From Psilocybe cubensis (lineage: Eukaryota): a stretch of DNA of 64,000 nt. The notes under the pieces are model-generated. The model searched no databases. It worked only from the letters and a program-made list of their open reading frames with translations, and was not told the origin of the DNA. The position numbers and the translations under genes were made by a program. This document shows positions 52,901 to 64,000 of this stretch, in pieces; the first letter of the stretch is position 1; each line of letters begins with the position of its first letter. The stretch spans positions 806,001-870,000 of the forward strand of contig CM039004.1 in NCBI GenBank assembly GCA_017499595.2, written 5' to 3'.

Positions 52901-54203
52901 GCTCGAGCTTAACACTCAGGCTGCTATATTCAAAGCGTGTCTTATTCCGCAGTGAGATCTATCAAGAATAAGAATAACGTTGTGATGTCGAACTAGCTAC
53001 TTTAGTTATATAGTCTTGTATAGGCCATTTATCCCATCGTTCGAATGATAGGAGAAGGAGACAGATTTGTGAAGAAGTACTTTCGTTGTCAGGTAGGACA
53101 ATTTTGGCTCAATCCAGAAAAGTGTTGAGCTCGTACTTGAAAGGTATCATTTTTTTTGTGGAGGCGATCTACATACTAGCCGAGGCGTAATTACAACCAC
53201 AAGACACCGCAAGACGATCCCCCTAATGTGGTACAGGTGCTTGGGAGGGGCATAACTTGGGAGTCCAGATCCATCGATAACCTGCTTTAATATAGAGACG
53301 CCCTAACTATTAAAGAGTAACAATCATTAAGTGATATCTGATCTAAGTGGTGGGATATTACATAGCGTGTGCGTTTGATCATGACCCTCACCAATCACGA
53401 TTCTGTTTTTCATTTTTCTTTCGAATCCTTTCCTTTAAACCAAGCTTGGAAAGTCAAAAATCCTTCTTGAACCCTTTGAAGCCTGGCCATATGCGTTTAG
53501 AACGATCCAAAGTACCCATGTTATCATGTCCTCTGCCAAACTTGCTCATACTCATTTCTTACGCCTTTTCATTGCTTTTCAGAGCTTTGCACTCCCGTTC
53601 ATCAGTATTACCGAATCAGTGGCGTGGATCACGAATAATGGCTCGTGTGTCTATTCTGGATGCCAATTTGATGAAATGGTTACCACTTTGCGGGCCGATT
53701 GACACTGACATTGTTCTCAACGTCGAATGTCCATCTAAAATAAGCACCACATACAGGACTGGCACCTATCTGCACCGTGTTTCACCTTTGGCCCACGTAT
53801 CCAACCATATAGTGTCATGAAGTGGTAAGATATGTCACTGATTGGCACACAGGGACTTCCTCATAATGAATATGAAGGCATGTGCATGGGGAAAGGACGG
53901 TCATGAGGTGATCAAGCTTCGAGCACATCCCGAGTCCTTATAACTCCGGTCGCACAGGATAACGACTTCCGTCGCTTGGGCTTGTCTCTTGTGCTCACGA
54001 GACAGTTGACGACGACCATCCTCTCTCCAAGGCAATAGATTACAGGCTCCCTAGTTAATTCTATTCCTTTCCTTGGTTCTCTTACAGCACCTTGTTGTGT
54101 CTTTTTCCCCACAACATTACACTTGCCTCTTTCCTATTTTCTCCCTCCTCATCGCCTGGTCAGGAGACTTCATTCTGGCGCGCCGATTGACATCATTCCC
54201 TGG

Positions 54204-55257
54204 ATGCTGACCTTTGGGCATTCAGGGCGCATCTCTGACCCTATCCTGGCGACATGGAATGTCTTTCCTCGATTTCTTCTTCTCCTGCTGGTTCTGAACG
54301 TTGCACGGCCTGCGTTATCTCAAGAACTGCAAAACCTCTCTATACCACTTACATCGCCACAAATCATCTATACCCCTTTTCTCTGCAATGCGACTACCGT
54401 GTCTAATAACCCGCAGGGATGCGCTGGGGCATGGTAAATATTTTGGGACTCTGCATCATGCTACTACACGTTTTACTTACTTCAAATTTCAGGCAACTTT
54501 CTAATTCTACAGATCCCGCTTCCACTGTGGTCTCTACATTTGGGCCAGCAAGTGTATCTTCCAACATAATACCTCAACTATTTTTTCAATTCAGCGGTAT
54601 AAACTATTTCGTTCATCGGGGTGACGACGTTGGTATTGAATAGTCTTTTTTGCCAGCCTTCTCACTCGGCATTACAACACTCCCTTCATCTAACGCAACT
54701 GTAAACGTAACCATGTCATCAAATGGCATCGTTGTGTCCTCACTTTTCAACTCGTCATTGGGTTCCCTTGCGGTCATAAATCTCCCGGATAACAGTATTT
54801 CTCAATTCACCATTAATTTCATTCCCTCTTCGACGCCTACACGGTTCGATCTGCAATCTCTCGTCATAGCAGTCCCAGCAGACGCGTTCGTATTCCCATT
54901 TTTACTTCAAGCAAAACTTATTTTAAAACTGATTAATTTTGTTCACAATCAAGTGTAATCACATCTTTCCTGCCATCTCAATCATTACCACCTTCGATAG
55001 CTTTGCCGACATTCAGCACCACAGCAAGCAGTACATCCGCGTCAGCAAGCCCAACGACGTCAACTTTTACGGCGCACTCGAATAAAAAGATGATTGCTCA
55101 AGCTGTAGGTTTGACAGTAGGCTTGGGTCTGGGCCTTACGGCCGTTGCTGTCATGGCATTCTATTACTGGCGGCGACGTCGGCGTCAGCACGACGCGGTA
55201 TCTATGCAAGACGCACGCTCTGGCTGGACAGGCGAACGGCCTCGCAGGTTTCCGTAA
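54204..55257 (+). CDS. Secreted single-pass membrane protein of unknown function (spliced)
   Basis: Hydrophobic signal-like segment, S/T-rich stalk, TM AVGLTVGLGLGLTAVAVMAFYYW followed by RRRRR. Confidence 0.65.
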
Positions 55258-55810
55258 CAATTTCCATTCACCTCATGTCGGCTTTTACAATGGTTTTCAA
55301 AAAATCTGGAATCACTACACATACCTTATCAAGAATATTTCTGTACTAATTTACACAAGAAACGATACGTTTTCACCTCTTCGTGCAACGGTGCTCTGTC
55401 TGTAATTCTGTCTGTATGGCATAGGAATCCGTCCTTCATGCAATATTGGCAGTGGGCTCTTTCCTTTCGGCGTCTTCCGTTCTTTCCTAATCACAGAGCC
55501 TGCATCTGACAGAGAAATATATATAGGCGAGTGTCACAGCGAAGGAGGGCTTCTTGACATATGCTGACCAGTCGCCATTAAAAAACACCACCATCAAAAA
55601 CTGAGTAATCATACCCCAGAAGCGTCTACACAACACATAAAGTGTCATGATTCATATTCAACGAGTGCTTTGGGACGGACGATGCTTGCAATCTGAATAT
55701 CTTATTTAAGTAGATCATCAACATCCTTGAGCTGGAGTTTTGGATTATCGGTCGTTAATGCGGTACACATTTCCCAACAAATTCCAGTACCAACCCTTAC
55801 ACTACCCTTT

Positions 55811-57380
55811 TTACGAACAAAATCGGGATGAAGATGAGATGTTGTAGTACTGTCGTTAAAAAAGATCACGAAAAAGTCAGCTGCGGACGGCATCATCACA
55901 ATCGAATAGGAAAACGTACGGTGCCATGAGCGTCATCGAGCCCTTGCGAGGGGATAGAGTCCGAGCAGGTGGGGTCTTCGCCGTCTGCCGCACATTTCTT
56001 TGTCGTCGCTGGAGATGCAGGGTCAGGAGACTGGAAGTATTCGATACCTACAAGTATGTACGCAGATAACAGTCAGTAATTTCTTCGGTTTAAAATAAGA
56101 TGCAATTCCGTTGAGCGTACCATGGTGTCGGTAGCCGAGGATCCGGGGAATCAAGGTCGGAACTCTGTAGCCGTTCATTCGTTCATTAATTAGACTTGCA
56201 GATACATGTAGTTACATACCCATCGGTAGTATGAACAGCTGCATGAAGAAGAGTATCAGTATCATGAATTGCCACTTGTCGGACCAACGTACATCGGAAT
56301 GCCTGGTCTCCGAACTGCGAATTAATGAAGGCAGCCCCGATGGGGTTAAAAGTTCGGGGCTAATAGCTCGAAGTTCAGAAAATAGATCCAGTTAAGGGAA
56401 CCTGTTGAACATACTTGGCCATACGTGAACATCCTTACATTGCTAGTCAATGAGATAAAATCAGCAAATGACTGTTTGTTAGAACGAAAGGAAGGAGCCT
56501 CGCCTGTTAGGGAAGTTTTGTTGTAGGGATATCCCGGCTAAACTGGATAACGCTCCTCCGAGAGAATGGCCGGTAGAAACGAGGGAGTACCCTGGATGGG
56601 CAGAAAGCTCAGCTTGGACTGTCGAGATAACTAGGTGCGCCACAGAGTTCCATCTGGCGTCGGAAAACAATAGAGAGAGAAAGGAAGACATATGTCGGCG
56701 TCTTTGATCAAAGGCATGTATGCGAAAGACTTACGCTATCAAGAAACCACTGTGAGCAAGGGAACCCACTGTGGTGCAGAAAAGGAGTTAAGCGGTCAAC
56801 GAGGCTTTTCTGGAGCGTTTCTTAATATTAGGGTACGTACACGGAGCATCCACACCAGGCGACAAAAATGGTGACAATAAAATATTAATGTCCGTTAAAG
56901 CGTCGGTAAACGATTCACTATGCCATGTATTAACATAAAATATGTACATAAAAATTGTGGTTCTTGACGCACCTTCCCCGAAGAGAAACAACAATTTCTT
57001 TCCTATTGTCGTCTCGGGCAACGAACCCTTGTGTGTCGGTTACTTTTTGGCTGAACTGCAGGACCAACGAGTTGCCGTTGGGTTTAGGGCAGGAATCTGC
57101 GTACGCTGAGGCGGCATCTGCGCATAGCAATAAACATATGAGTTCTATACATTGGCATGTGAGAGGAACGGAGGGACGAACATTGGAAGTAAAACGCAAG
57201 ATCATTGAACAGGTCTGTATCGTCCAACAGCTTTTAGAACAAGCATCATGACAGAAAATAACTCCAATGCACACCTTGGCTAATATCGCGCCTCGCAATA
57301 AAGTTTTCGCCGTTGAGAGGACTGGCAACGGCTGACAGTACCAGAGAAGTGAGGGAGACTAGAGGAACAAAGACGCGCAT
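55811..57380 (-). CDS. Secreted class 3 lipase (spliced)
   Basis: Signal peptide, DTQGFVARDD..KEIVVSLRG, TGHSLGGAL, TYGQ, GYRH.GIEY, GEDPTCSDS, AHGTYY. Confidence 0.92.
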
Positions 57381-58140
57381 GATGCTCTGTAAGGCGACAG
57401 TCTCTTCGTCTTTACTGACCACAGGGGAAGAACTTGTAAAAGTCCCTTGACCCATAACAGTGAAGTGTCGGGATACTTATACGCGGAGGTGTATATTAAC
57501 ATGGGAAACCAAGCCTCGGGTACATCAATTAGGTGGGGTGTGTTTGACGCAAAAGAGACGGCTTGGAAGTGCATGTGAGCGTAAATCGTTAATAATTCCC
57601 ATTGTGCATCATAGCGAATGAACACGACATACGCATTTCAATAAATTCATTAAACTGGTTTCGTTACATCTTCCGCTCCTCGTGAGAAGTGTTTTCTTCA
57701 AGGAGATTTCAAAAGCTGAGAAAGTGGACAAGGGTCAAGTCAACTTGTGATCCGCTGCTGTAGAGGCCATATGATACAGAGAATTCAATGTTAAAGGTGA
57801 GGTGGCCAAGGCAAATTTGTCATAGGATTTTTGACGTCCCATTGTATGGGACCTAATAGTGAGAGAATAGCACGTCGAGCAGAGAAGTCGATGACGACAT
57901 GGAATCACGCAGGATCGTCGCTTGAAAACACGACCGAGCTGAATGAAAGAAACCATAACGTCAGCAGACTGAGATAGGGAGTCCATTTAATTGACAGCAG
58001 CCGTAAGCTGCAACACTGCTTCAAGTTCAAGAAAAGGAAGCTTCGAGCCCTCTAAACGGTTAACCTGAGAAGTCCCTAGGAAATTCTATAAAAAAGGTAT
58101 GAAGCTACGTACAAAAAAGACCTGGTATTAAAATAATAAT

Positions 58141-59393
58141 TTATTCCGATTTTTGTTTTGCAGGGTATGCAGTCCATCGCCCAAGTAGATGGTTCGCTCT
58201 GACGATGAGCAAGTCACGCAGCATCTGCACTGAAGCGGTGACGACGTTCAGCTTGCTCCCAGCAACTTCGTGCCACTCAATAGGAACTTCGGCGACTGGT
58301 ATACGGAGCTGCTTGGCCAGAAGCAAGAGCTCGACGTCGAAGATCCAAGTCGGAAGGTGCTGAGCCGGAAATATCTGCTGCGCTGCTGAACGGGAGAACA
58401 ACTTGAAACCACACTGCGTGTCGCGGATATGGCCAACGCCGACTATTCGGAGGATTGTATGCAGTCCGTACATGAGAATGTTACGAAGCAGGGAACGCTA
58501 TTTGGCGGGGAAAAAAGTCAGAAAGCATGCCCCCCAAATCAAAAAGATTGTAAAGCATAAAGCCACCCACTTTTACAACGGCTTCTGATTTGACGAGATG
58601 CGCCCTGCTACCAACGACAACACCAGGGCCGTTATCCGGCGCAATTTTATCCATCGCCTTCCACAGCTCTTCCAAATCCTGAATCCGGCTCGCACCATCC
58701 GCATCCGCCATCAACAAGCGCTCTCCGCCAGCATATAGCATCCCGTGCCTCACCGCGCCGCCCTTGCCGATGTTCTTTTCCAGAGTGACCACCTTGATAT
58801 TTGCTTGCGGATACTTCTTCGCGAGCTCTAACGCGGTCACCGAGGTCCCGTCGCTCGACCCGTCGTCGACCACAAGGATTTCATATGTCCGTTTGTGCTC
58901 CAGACCAGCTGAAACGGAGGCAAGATGCTGTATCGTGTCCTGCATCATCGCGGGCAGACGCTCGGTCTCGTTGAATGCGGGCACGACAATGGTCAAGTCG
59001 ACTGTGCTCGGATCGGCGAGGCGGGTCAGCGGAAGAGGCTTCTTGGGAGATGCATTCGAAAGGTATTTTTTCTCCGAGTCGTGGGTGATTATCGGTGGTG
59101 GCGACCAAAGGACAAGAAGTGTATACAGCTGGTAGATAGAGATAAGTCAATCCAATCAAGTTACGTGTAGCAAAAGTAAGAGAATGATTGTTCAGTCCAG
59201 GGTATGTATACCCCGACCCAAGTTTGTCGTCCTGGTCATGGCGTACAACCCTCGTAAAGGGGGCGACCCGCAACTCGAAGAACAAGGATGAAGGGTTGTC
59301 ATCATTCAAACGCGTATTCTCAGTGAAACTCACCGACGCTATGCCTCCCGAGAGGAGGATGACCGCGCCGTAGACCAGAGACGACTGATCCAT
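58141..59393 (-). CDS. ALG5: Dolichyl-phosphate beta-glucosyltransferase (spliced)
   Basis: IVVPAFNE..RL, EILVVDDGSSDGT, N.GKGGAVRHG, LMADADGAS, GSRAHL, DTQCGFKLF, W.FDVELL, W.EV.GSKL. Confidence 0.95.
59188..59310 (-). ncRNA. Candidate intronic box C/D snoRNA in ALG5 intron 1
   Basis: Box C ATGATGA (59305-59299), box D CTGA (59195-59192), internal stems, in an oversized 205-nt intron (59129-59333). Confidence 0.5.
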
Positions 59394-59989
59394 AACGGCA
59401 CTTCCTGGGCTAAACTACAAAGTACCAACGCGCTGCAGAGAGAGTGATCGCGAGAGACGAGTGGCCAACTCTGGTAGTTATAGCATATACAAAAGAGCGA
59501 CTAGAACGGTGGGTATCTATCTTACACCGCAGAGTGGGAGACGGCGAGGAGTGAGAGGGCTGTAAGCCTGACACGACGGCATGTGTCTAATATTGTGTGG
59601 TTAAGCACAGCCGTGCGAATTTATTGCAATGAAATACGTGGTTAAGTTTCCGGACTCCATACACCGGATATAAAAACATGACAATGAAGCACTGTAAACG
59701 TCGTGAATATTCGTGATGAACGCGCCTTCGAAAAGGATAGCACAGTATGAAAGTGAGTAAGAGCTAAGTAGTATCTGGGTTGCACATAATACAGAACAGT
59801 GAGTCGAGGATAGCACCGACAAAATACTGAGAGCAAAAGGAAACATGAAAGGGAGGGCAGAGGGAAAACAATAAAGGACCTATATGTTATACCACTAGTA
59901 GTAGAGACTTATAGACCTCACGCAAGTCAGTAAATACTCTGCAAACGTTCACGCGCCACTGTGAATCCCTCGGCTGTAGCAGCAAATAA

Positions 59990-62294
59990 TCAGGAGGGGA
60001 TGTTGGCGTTGATTTCTTCGAGGAGGTCGGCAGCAATTTTAGCATTCGAAACCTGCCAAAATGAAATATTGAGCATACAAACCACTGAATAAGCAACCAA
60101 AATCGCACCTTTAGATTGTATGTAGTTGCGTTTCCGTTTTCGATAGCGCTGAAACGAATATATCTAGGATCCTGCGCAAGACTGCAGCGCATTCCGGGGA
60201 ATAGGGTGATATTCAATAGCAAAGTGTGCACTGCATCTTTTCTCATGACTGGCAAAATCCATATCAACAAGGTCTGAAAGGCAACTATAAAAGAAACACT
60301 CACTCAAGCGAGCTCCCGTTCCGTCAACAACTTTGACATTTAATTTTAAAAGGCCAGTGCCTCTTTCCTTCCACGAGTTTTCATGCAAAGAGAATAATTT
60401 ACCGCGAACTTGATGCAGAGTCTCTTCTTCCTCTTCTCCAGTCATAACTATATAAGAATTGCCATGAGTTCAAGAATTCATAACAAAGACAGGGAGAAAA
60501 CAAACCGTCTTGCTCTTCCAGTTGAACTTTATTATCTTCATCCCACTTTCCCTCTTCAGCGCCATTTTTGCTGGCGCGCAACCTCTCTCCAAAGGTAGTA
60601 GCACCGCCATCTTCCTGCTCTTCCTCATCCCCATCATCTGATCCCTTTCCAGAATCTCCGCTGCCACCGAAGATACCAGCAGAACCGGTCCTCTCCAACG
60701 AGCTCCGCCCAGACCCATCCGGCGAGCCCGCCCGTGCCTTCTTCTGCAAAGGCAGCCCAAATCCATGGCTCGGACCCGCATAAGACGCAAACGGATTAGG
60801 ATTTGAATTCAGCGCCGATGAGGTTTTATGAGGCGTTGAGAGGGCATTGGCGCCTAACTTGGACACGGAGCCGAGAACAGGCGAATGGGAGCGCGCAGCG
60901 GCACTCGCGAATGGCGATGACGAAGAGGCAAAGGCCTCGAAGCCCGTGCGTTTAGCTGGTGTGGCTGTAGATACAGCTGATAGGGATGGCACAGCGGAGG
61001 CGACAGCCGAGGAAGAAGTTTGTCCGAAAGTGGAGGTGGATTCAATAGCCGGTGTCGACATTGTTGATGTTGCCGGGCTACTAGAAGCTGGGGGTGTGTT
61101 CGTGCCTTTCCCAGACACAAACAGATTCTGCCCTTTCACAGACGCAAAAGGAGAGCTTGTAGACGCGTATGCCATAAAACCACTCTGTATAGCATAGAAA
61201 AGTCAGATAGAGTCAAAAGAGTCAGAAGATTCTAAAAAAAGATTCATGTACACAGCACTGACCTTCTTGGGTACTTTGGGAGACGGTGGCGACGGCCTGG
61301 GAGGTGATGGAGGGGGAGTGGGGCGCTTACTCTCCCTAGGGTTATCATCCTTGTCAGATTCGTCCCTAGGACGTTTCAGAGGTTCGGAGACATGATTTGT
61401 GCTTTCTCCATTTTCTGGGGGCCCATGACTGGTACCGCGCTCGAGGAATTTGCGCTTCAGCCCCTTGTCGTTATTCTCGGTGGAGCCTGCGCTGAGGTGA
61501 TTAGACTCCTGGGAAGACGGGGCCTCGGTGGCCATTGTCGCATCCTGGCTCTTCACATCCTGGACTGACTGTGACAGCGCCGAGTCTTCAGGAGTCTTCG
61601 GTGGCGAGTCCTCTTCCGCAATTTCAATATCCTGATCAATGGATTGCTGACTAGCAACCTGGGCCGCATGTTCCTGCCGGCTCGACAGCTTGGGCGCAAC
61701 CACATCGATATCGGCGTCGAGCTCGACATCCTTCTCCGACGCATTGAGCTTTTTGTTTTTCCAGTTGATATCCTCAACGCCCCGGGATATTTGTCGGACC
61801 TTGCGCTTCATCTCTTGACGCGGCGATGCGAGTGCAGCGGGTGTGGGGGGTGATCCAGATCCAGAGCCGGAGCCACCGTCTTCCTCCTCTTCAGTGGGAT
61901 CCAAATGTCGCCTGTTCTTCTTTAGAGGGATGGCTGTGTCTTTTCTTCCGCGGAGCAGAGGATCGGTATCCTGCGAGAATTAATCAGGTCAGGCGTTCAA
62001 CTCGAACACAGCATAAACTGCAACATGAGGCCACTCACATTCGTCGCTGACGGTGTTGTCACCGGTTCAACAGACACTTCCCTCTCTCGCTTTCTCGACA
62101 GCTTGAGCTCTACCAACGATGCAGATAAAGGGTAGATAGAACGAGAGTTGAGCGGAAACCCTGATAAAGTAGACGAATAAGTAAGACAGACCTGACTCTA
62201 TCGCGTCCGCCGACGGTGGAGACCTTGGAGGGGTGAGTGTGTTGTTAGGTGGGGTGGTGGTCTGGGGGATGTCGCCCTCTGGCAAGTCTGACAT
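59990..62294 (-). CDS. RanBP1-domain protein (Yrb2/RanBP3-like, spliced)
   Basis: TGEEEEETLHQVRGKLF..WKERGTGLLKLN..ARLVMRKD; NLS-like LKRK/LKRPR; dispersed Phe motifs (GFEAF, NPFASY). Confidence 0.85.
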
Positions 62295-62784
62295 GATGAT
62301 GGAAGAGTTTGGGATAAAGTCAAGGGGCACTCCCAACCATTTACCCTCGCACTCGGCTAAATCCGACAATGAGTCCCTTCAACGGCACTCTTTATATTGC
62401 TTCCTTTAACGCATAAACAATAGTCGCGACCATTGAATAGTATACATTTTGGAATCCCGTGTGTAAGTAAAATGTACAGAAAGCCTATGTAAGAAAACGA
62501 AAAGCAGACAGAGAAGAAAAAATGCACAAGATGAAGATGCCATGATAAATAACTATCTAAAATATGTATATAATTTGCCTGTAGTGTGAAAAGCGAATGT
62601 GTACGAAGTTGTATCATCAGATACCCTCCCATTAAAATAAAAAAAGGATCAGGAGGGAGCAAAAAAAGACGTTTACCCATGGATGAGATGACCAGACGAG
62701 CGTTATTTCGTTTGCTAACCACATAAACCCCGTAATTTTCGTATAGCATCAGATAGAAGAGAGCCCCATGAGTCCATGCCAAGA

Positions 62785-64000
62785 TTATGGCGTTTTTCCC
62801 TCTTGAACACCTCTTCGTTTTTCATCAGCAAGAACTAATATGTCTCTGAGACTCCGTTCCAGAACTGGTTTCGTTAGTACACTACACATCCCGGTCAGCT
62901 GTCATAAAACATCAGAAATGAGATGGAAAGGCATACCGATCAACACCAGCCTCCAAATACTCCTCCTGATCTATATAAATAAAGAAGTATACATGAGCAT
63001 TCACGTTCAAAGATAAGCTATCGCAACATTCATGCGAAATTGACGCACCAGAAAGTAGCGCATTTCCTGCAACAGGAACGATCACAAGGTATGAGCACAA
63101 GACCCTCGCCAGAATCAAAGCCAAAAAACTGACCTGTAACCCCAACGATAAAATCAGTCCTCCCCAACTCCCTCATCTTCTCCACCACCTTCAGCCCAGA
63201 CATAACAGGCATCTGATTATCTAAAAACACAACCGCATATTTTCCCTCATCAAACACAGGCTGTTCCTGCTGCTGTTCTAGAATCGGGCCTGCATTGCCC
63301 GACGCATCGCTCGACGGCGTCGAGCCCAACGCAATTTTCTGCCCCAGAATCATCTCTAGTGCAACCTCGCCATTCTCTGCACACGACACCGTGCAACCTA
63401 GACGCGTCAGGATGCGCTTCATCAGTGTCCGCGTCAGCTGGTCATCGTCCACCACTAGCACAGGCATTCCTGGCTCGATGTTGAGAGCAGTAAATGAAGC
63501 TGACGGACTGCCGCGCATAAAGTTGCTGTCAAACATTTTCAAATTGTTGAATGACTTTGAGTCGCTCGAATGCTGAGAATAGCTCGAACCCGCAGATTCG
63601 GTCGGTAGTGGTTGCTGCCCGTCATTCTCCTCATCCATCGTAAACTTCTTGGGAGATGGCAGCTGGACATATGTCGGTCTCCGTATTGGCTGGATCCTCC
63701 CGCCCCCGCCGCCTTCTGAACTCGAAGGAATGGGTATTGTAAGATTAGGCCGTTCAGACGAACCCTCCGGAGACAAGGGCCGTTGCTTCGGTGTAACGCA
63801 ATCAGACAACTCTTCTGGCGGTTTAGTCGGTACATCCTCAGGTATGGCTGCACTGCTAGAAGCACTCGCTTGCGAAGCGTCCACCGCTATTACACTATCT
63901 TTCGGCCGAGACGCGATTGTCGGGCTGGTCCCACGGCTATAGGCACGCTCCCGCAACACGAGTTCTACACGGCCGCCTACAATAACACAAATGTCATGAG
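62785..64000 (-). CDS. 3' part of a probable hybrid histidine kinase (receiver domain); runs off the window
   Basis: VLVVDDD..TR, AENGEVALE, VVFLDNQMPVMSGL, IVGVTGNAL..DQEEYLEAGVD.VLTKP; kinase domain lies outside the window. Confidence 0.85.

Noticed and set aside
50300-53800. Scattered short ORFs, possible gene relics
   Set aside because: No coherent gene model, TIRs or motifs I can support
53915-54060. Cluster of small hairpins and GCCTGTAAT on the minus strand, suggestive of SRP or MRP RNA
   Set aside because: No SRP helix-8 motif, no Pol III terminator, no complete MRP/P consensus
55855-55915. TGATGA..CTGA in the last lipase intron
   Set aside because: Boxes are too close together and the CTGA is the branch point

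Overview
Eukaryotic, intron-rich genomic DNA from a mushroom-forming basidiomycete (inferred from ~50-70 nt GT-AG introns with CTRAC/CTRAT branch points and from gene content). About 1-17.5 kb is accessory-looking. It holds three co-oriented acidic ORFs sharing an unrecognised E-x-D-D-V-D-E-Q-x-E motif, two non-autonomous TIR transposons (one apparently splitting a motif gene), a DUF4436-like membrane gene, an intronless bacterial-like DUF5077/DUF3472 gene, a CorA-like gene, and a NACHT (NLR-like) gene with a candidate N-terminal amyloid motif. The remainder is mostly core genes: COX10, tRNA-Gly(GCC) next to a third TIR element, AidB-like acyl-CoA dehydrogenase, NAS2, an ADIP/Msd1-like gene, phenol 2-monooxygenase, class 3 lipase, ALG5 (with a candidate intronic C/D snoRNA), a RanBP1-domain gene and the 3' end of a probable hybrid histidine kinase. 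A ~9.3 kb spliced gene (33842-43117) encodes a very large disordered protein with 14 DWAGN repeats, mostly followed by WG, and two CxxH-C-C modules. Coordinates of spliced genes are start-to-stop spans from manual reading; family calls come from recognition, not database searches.
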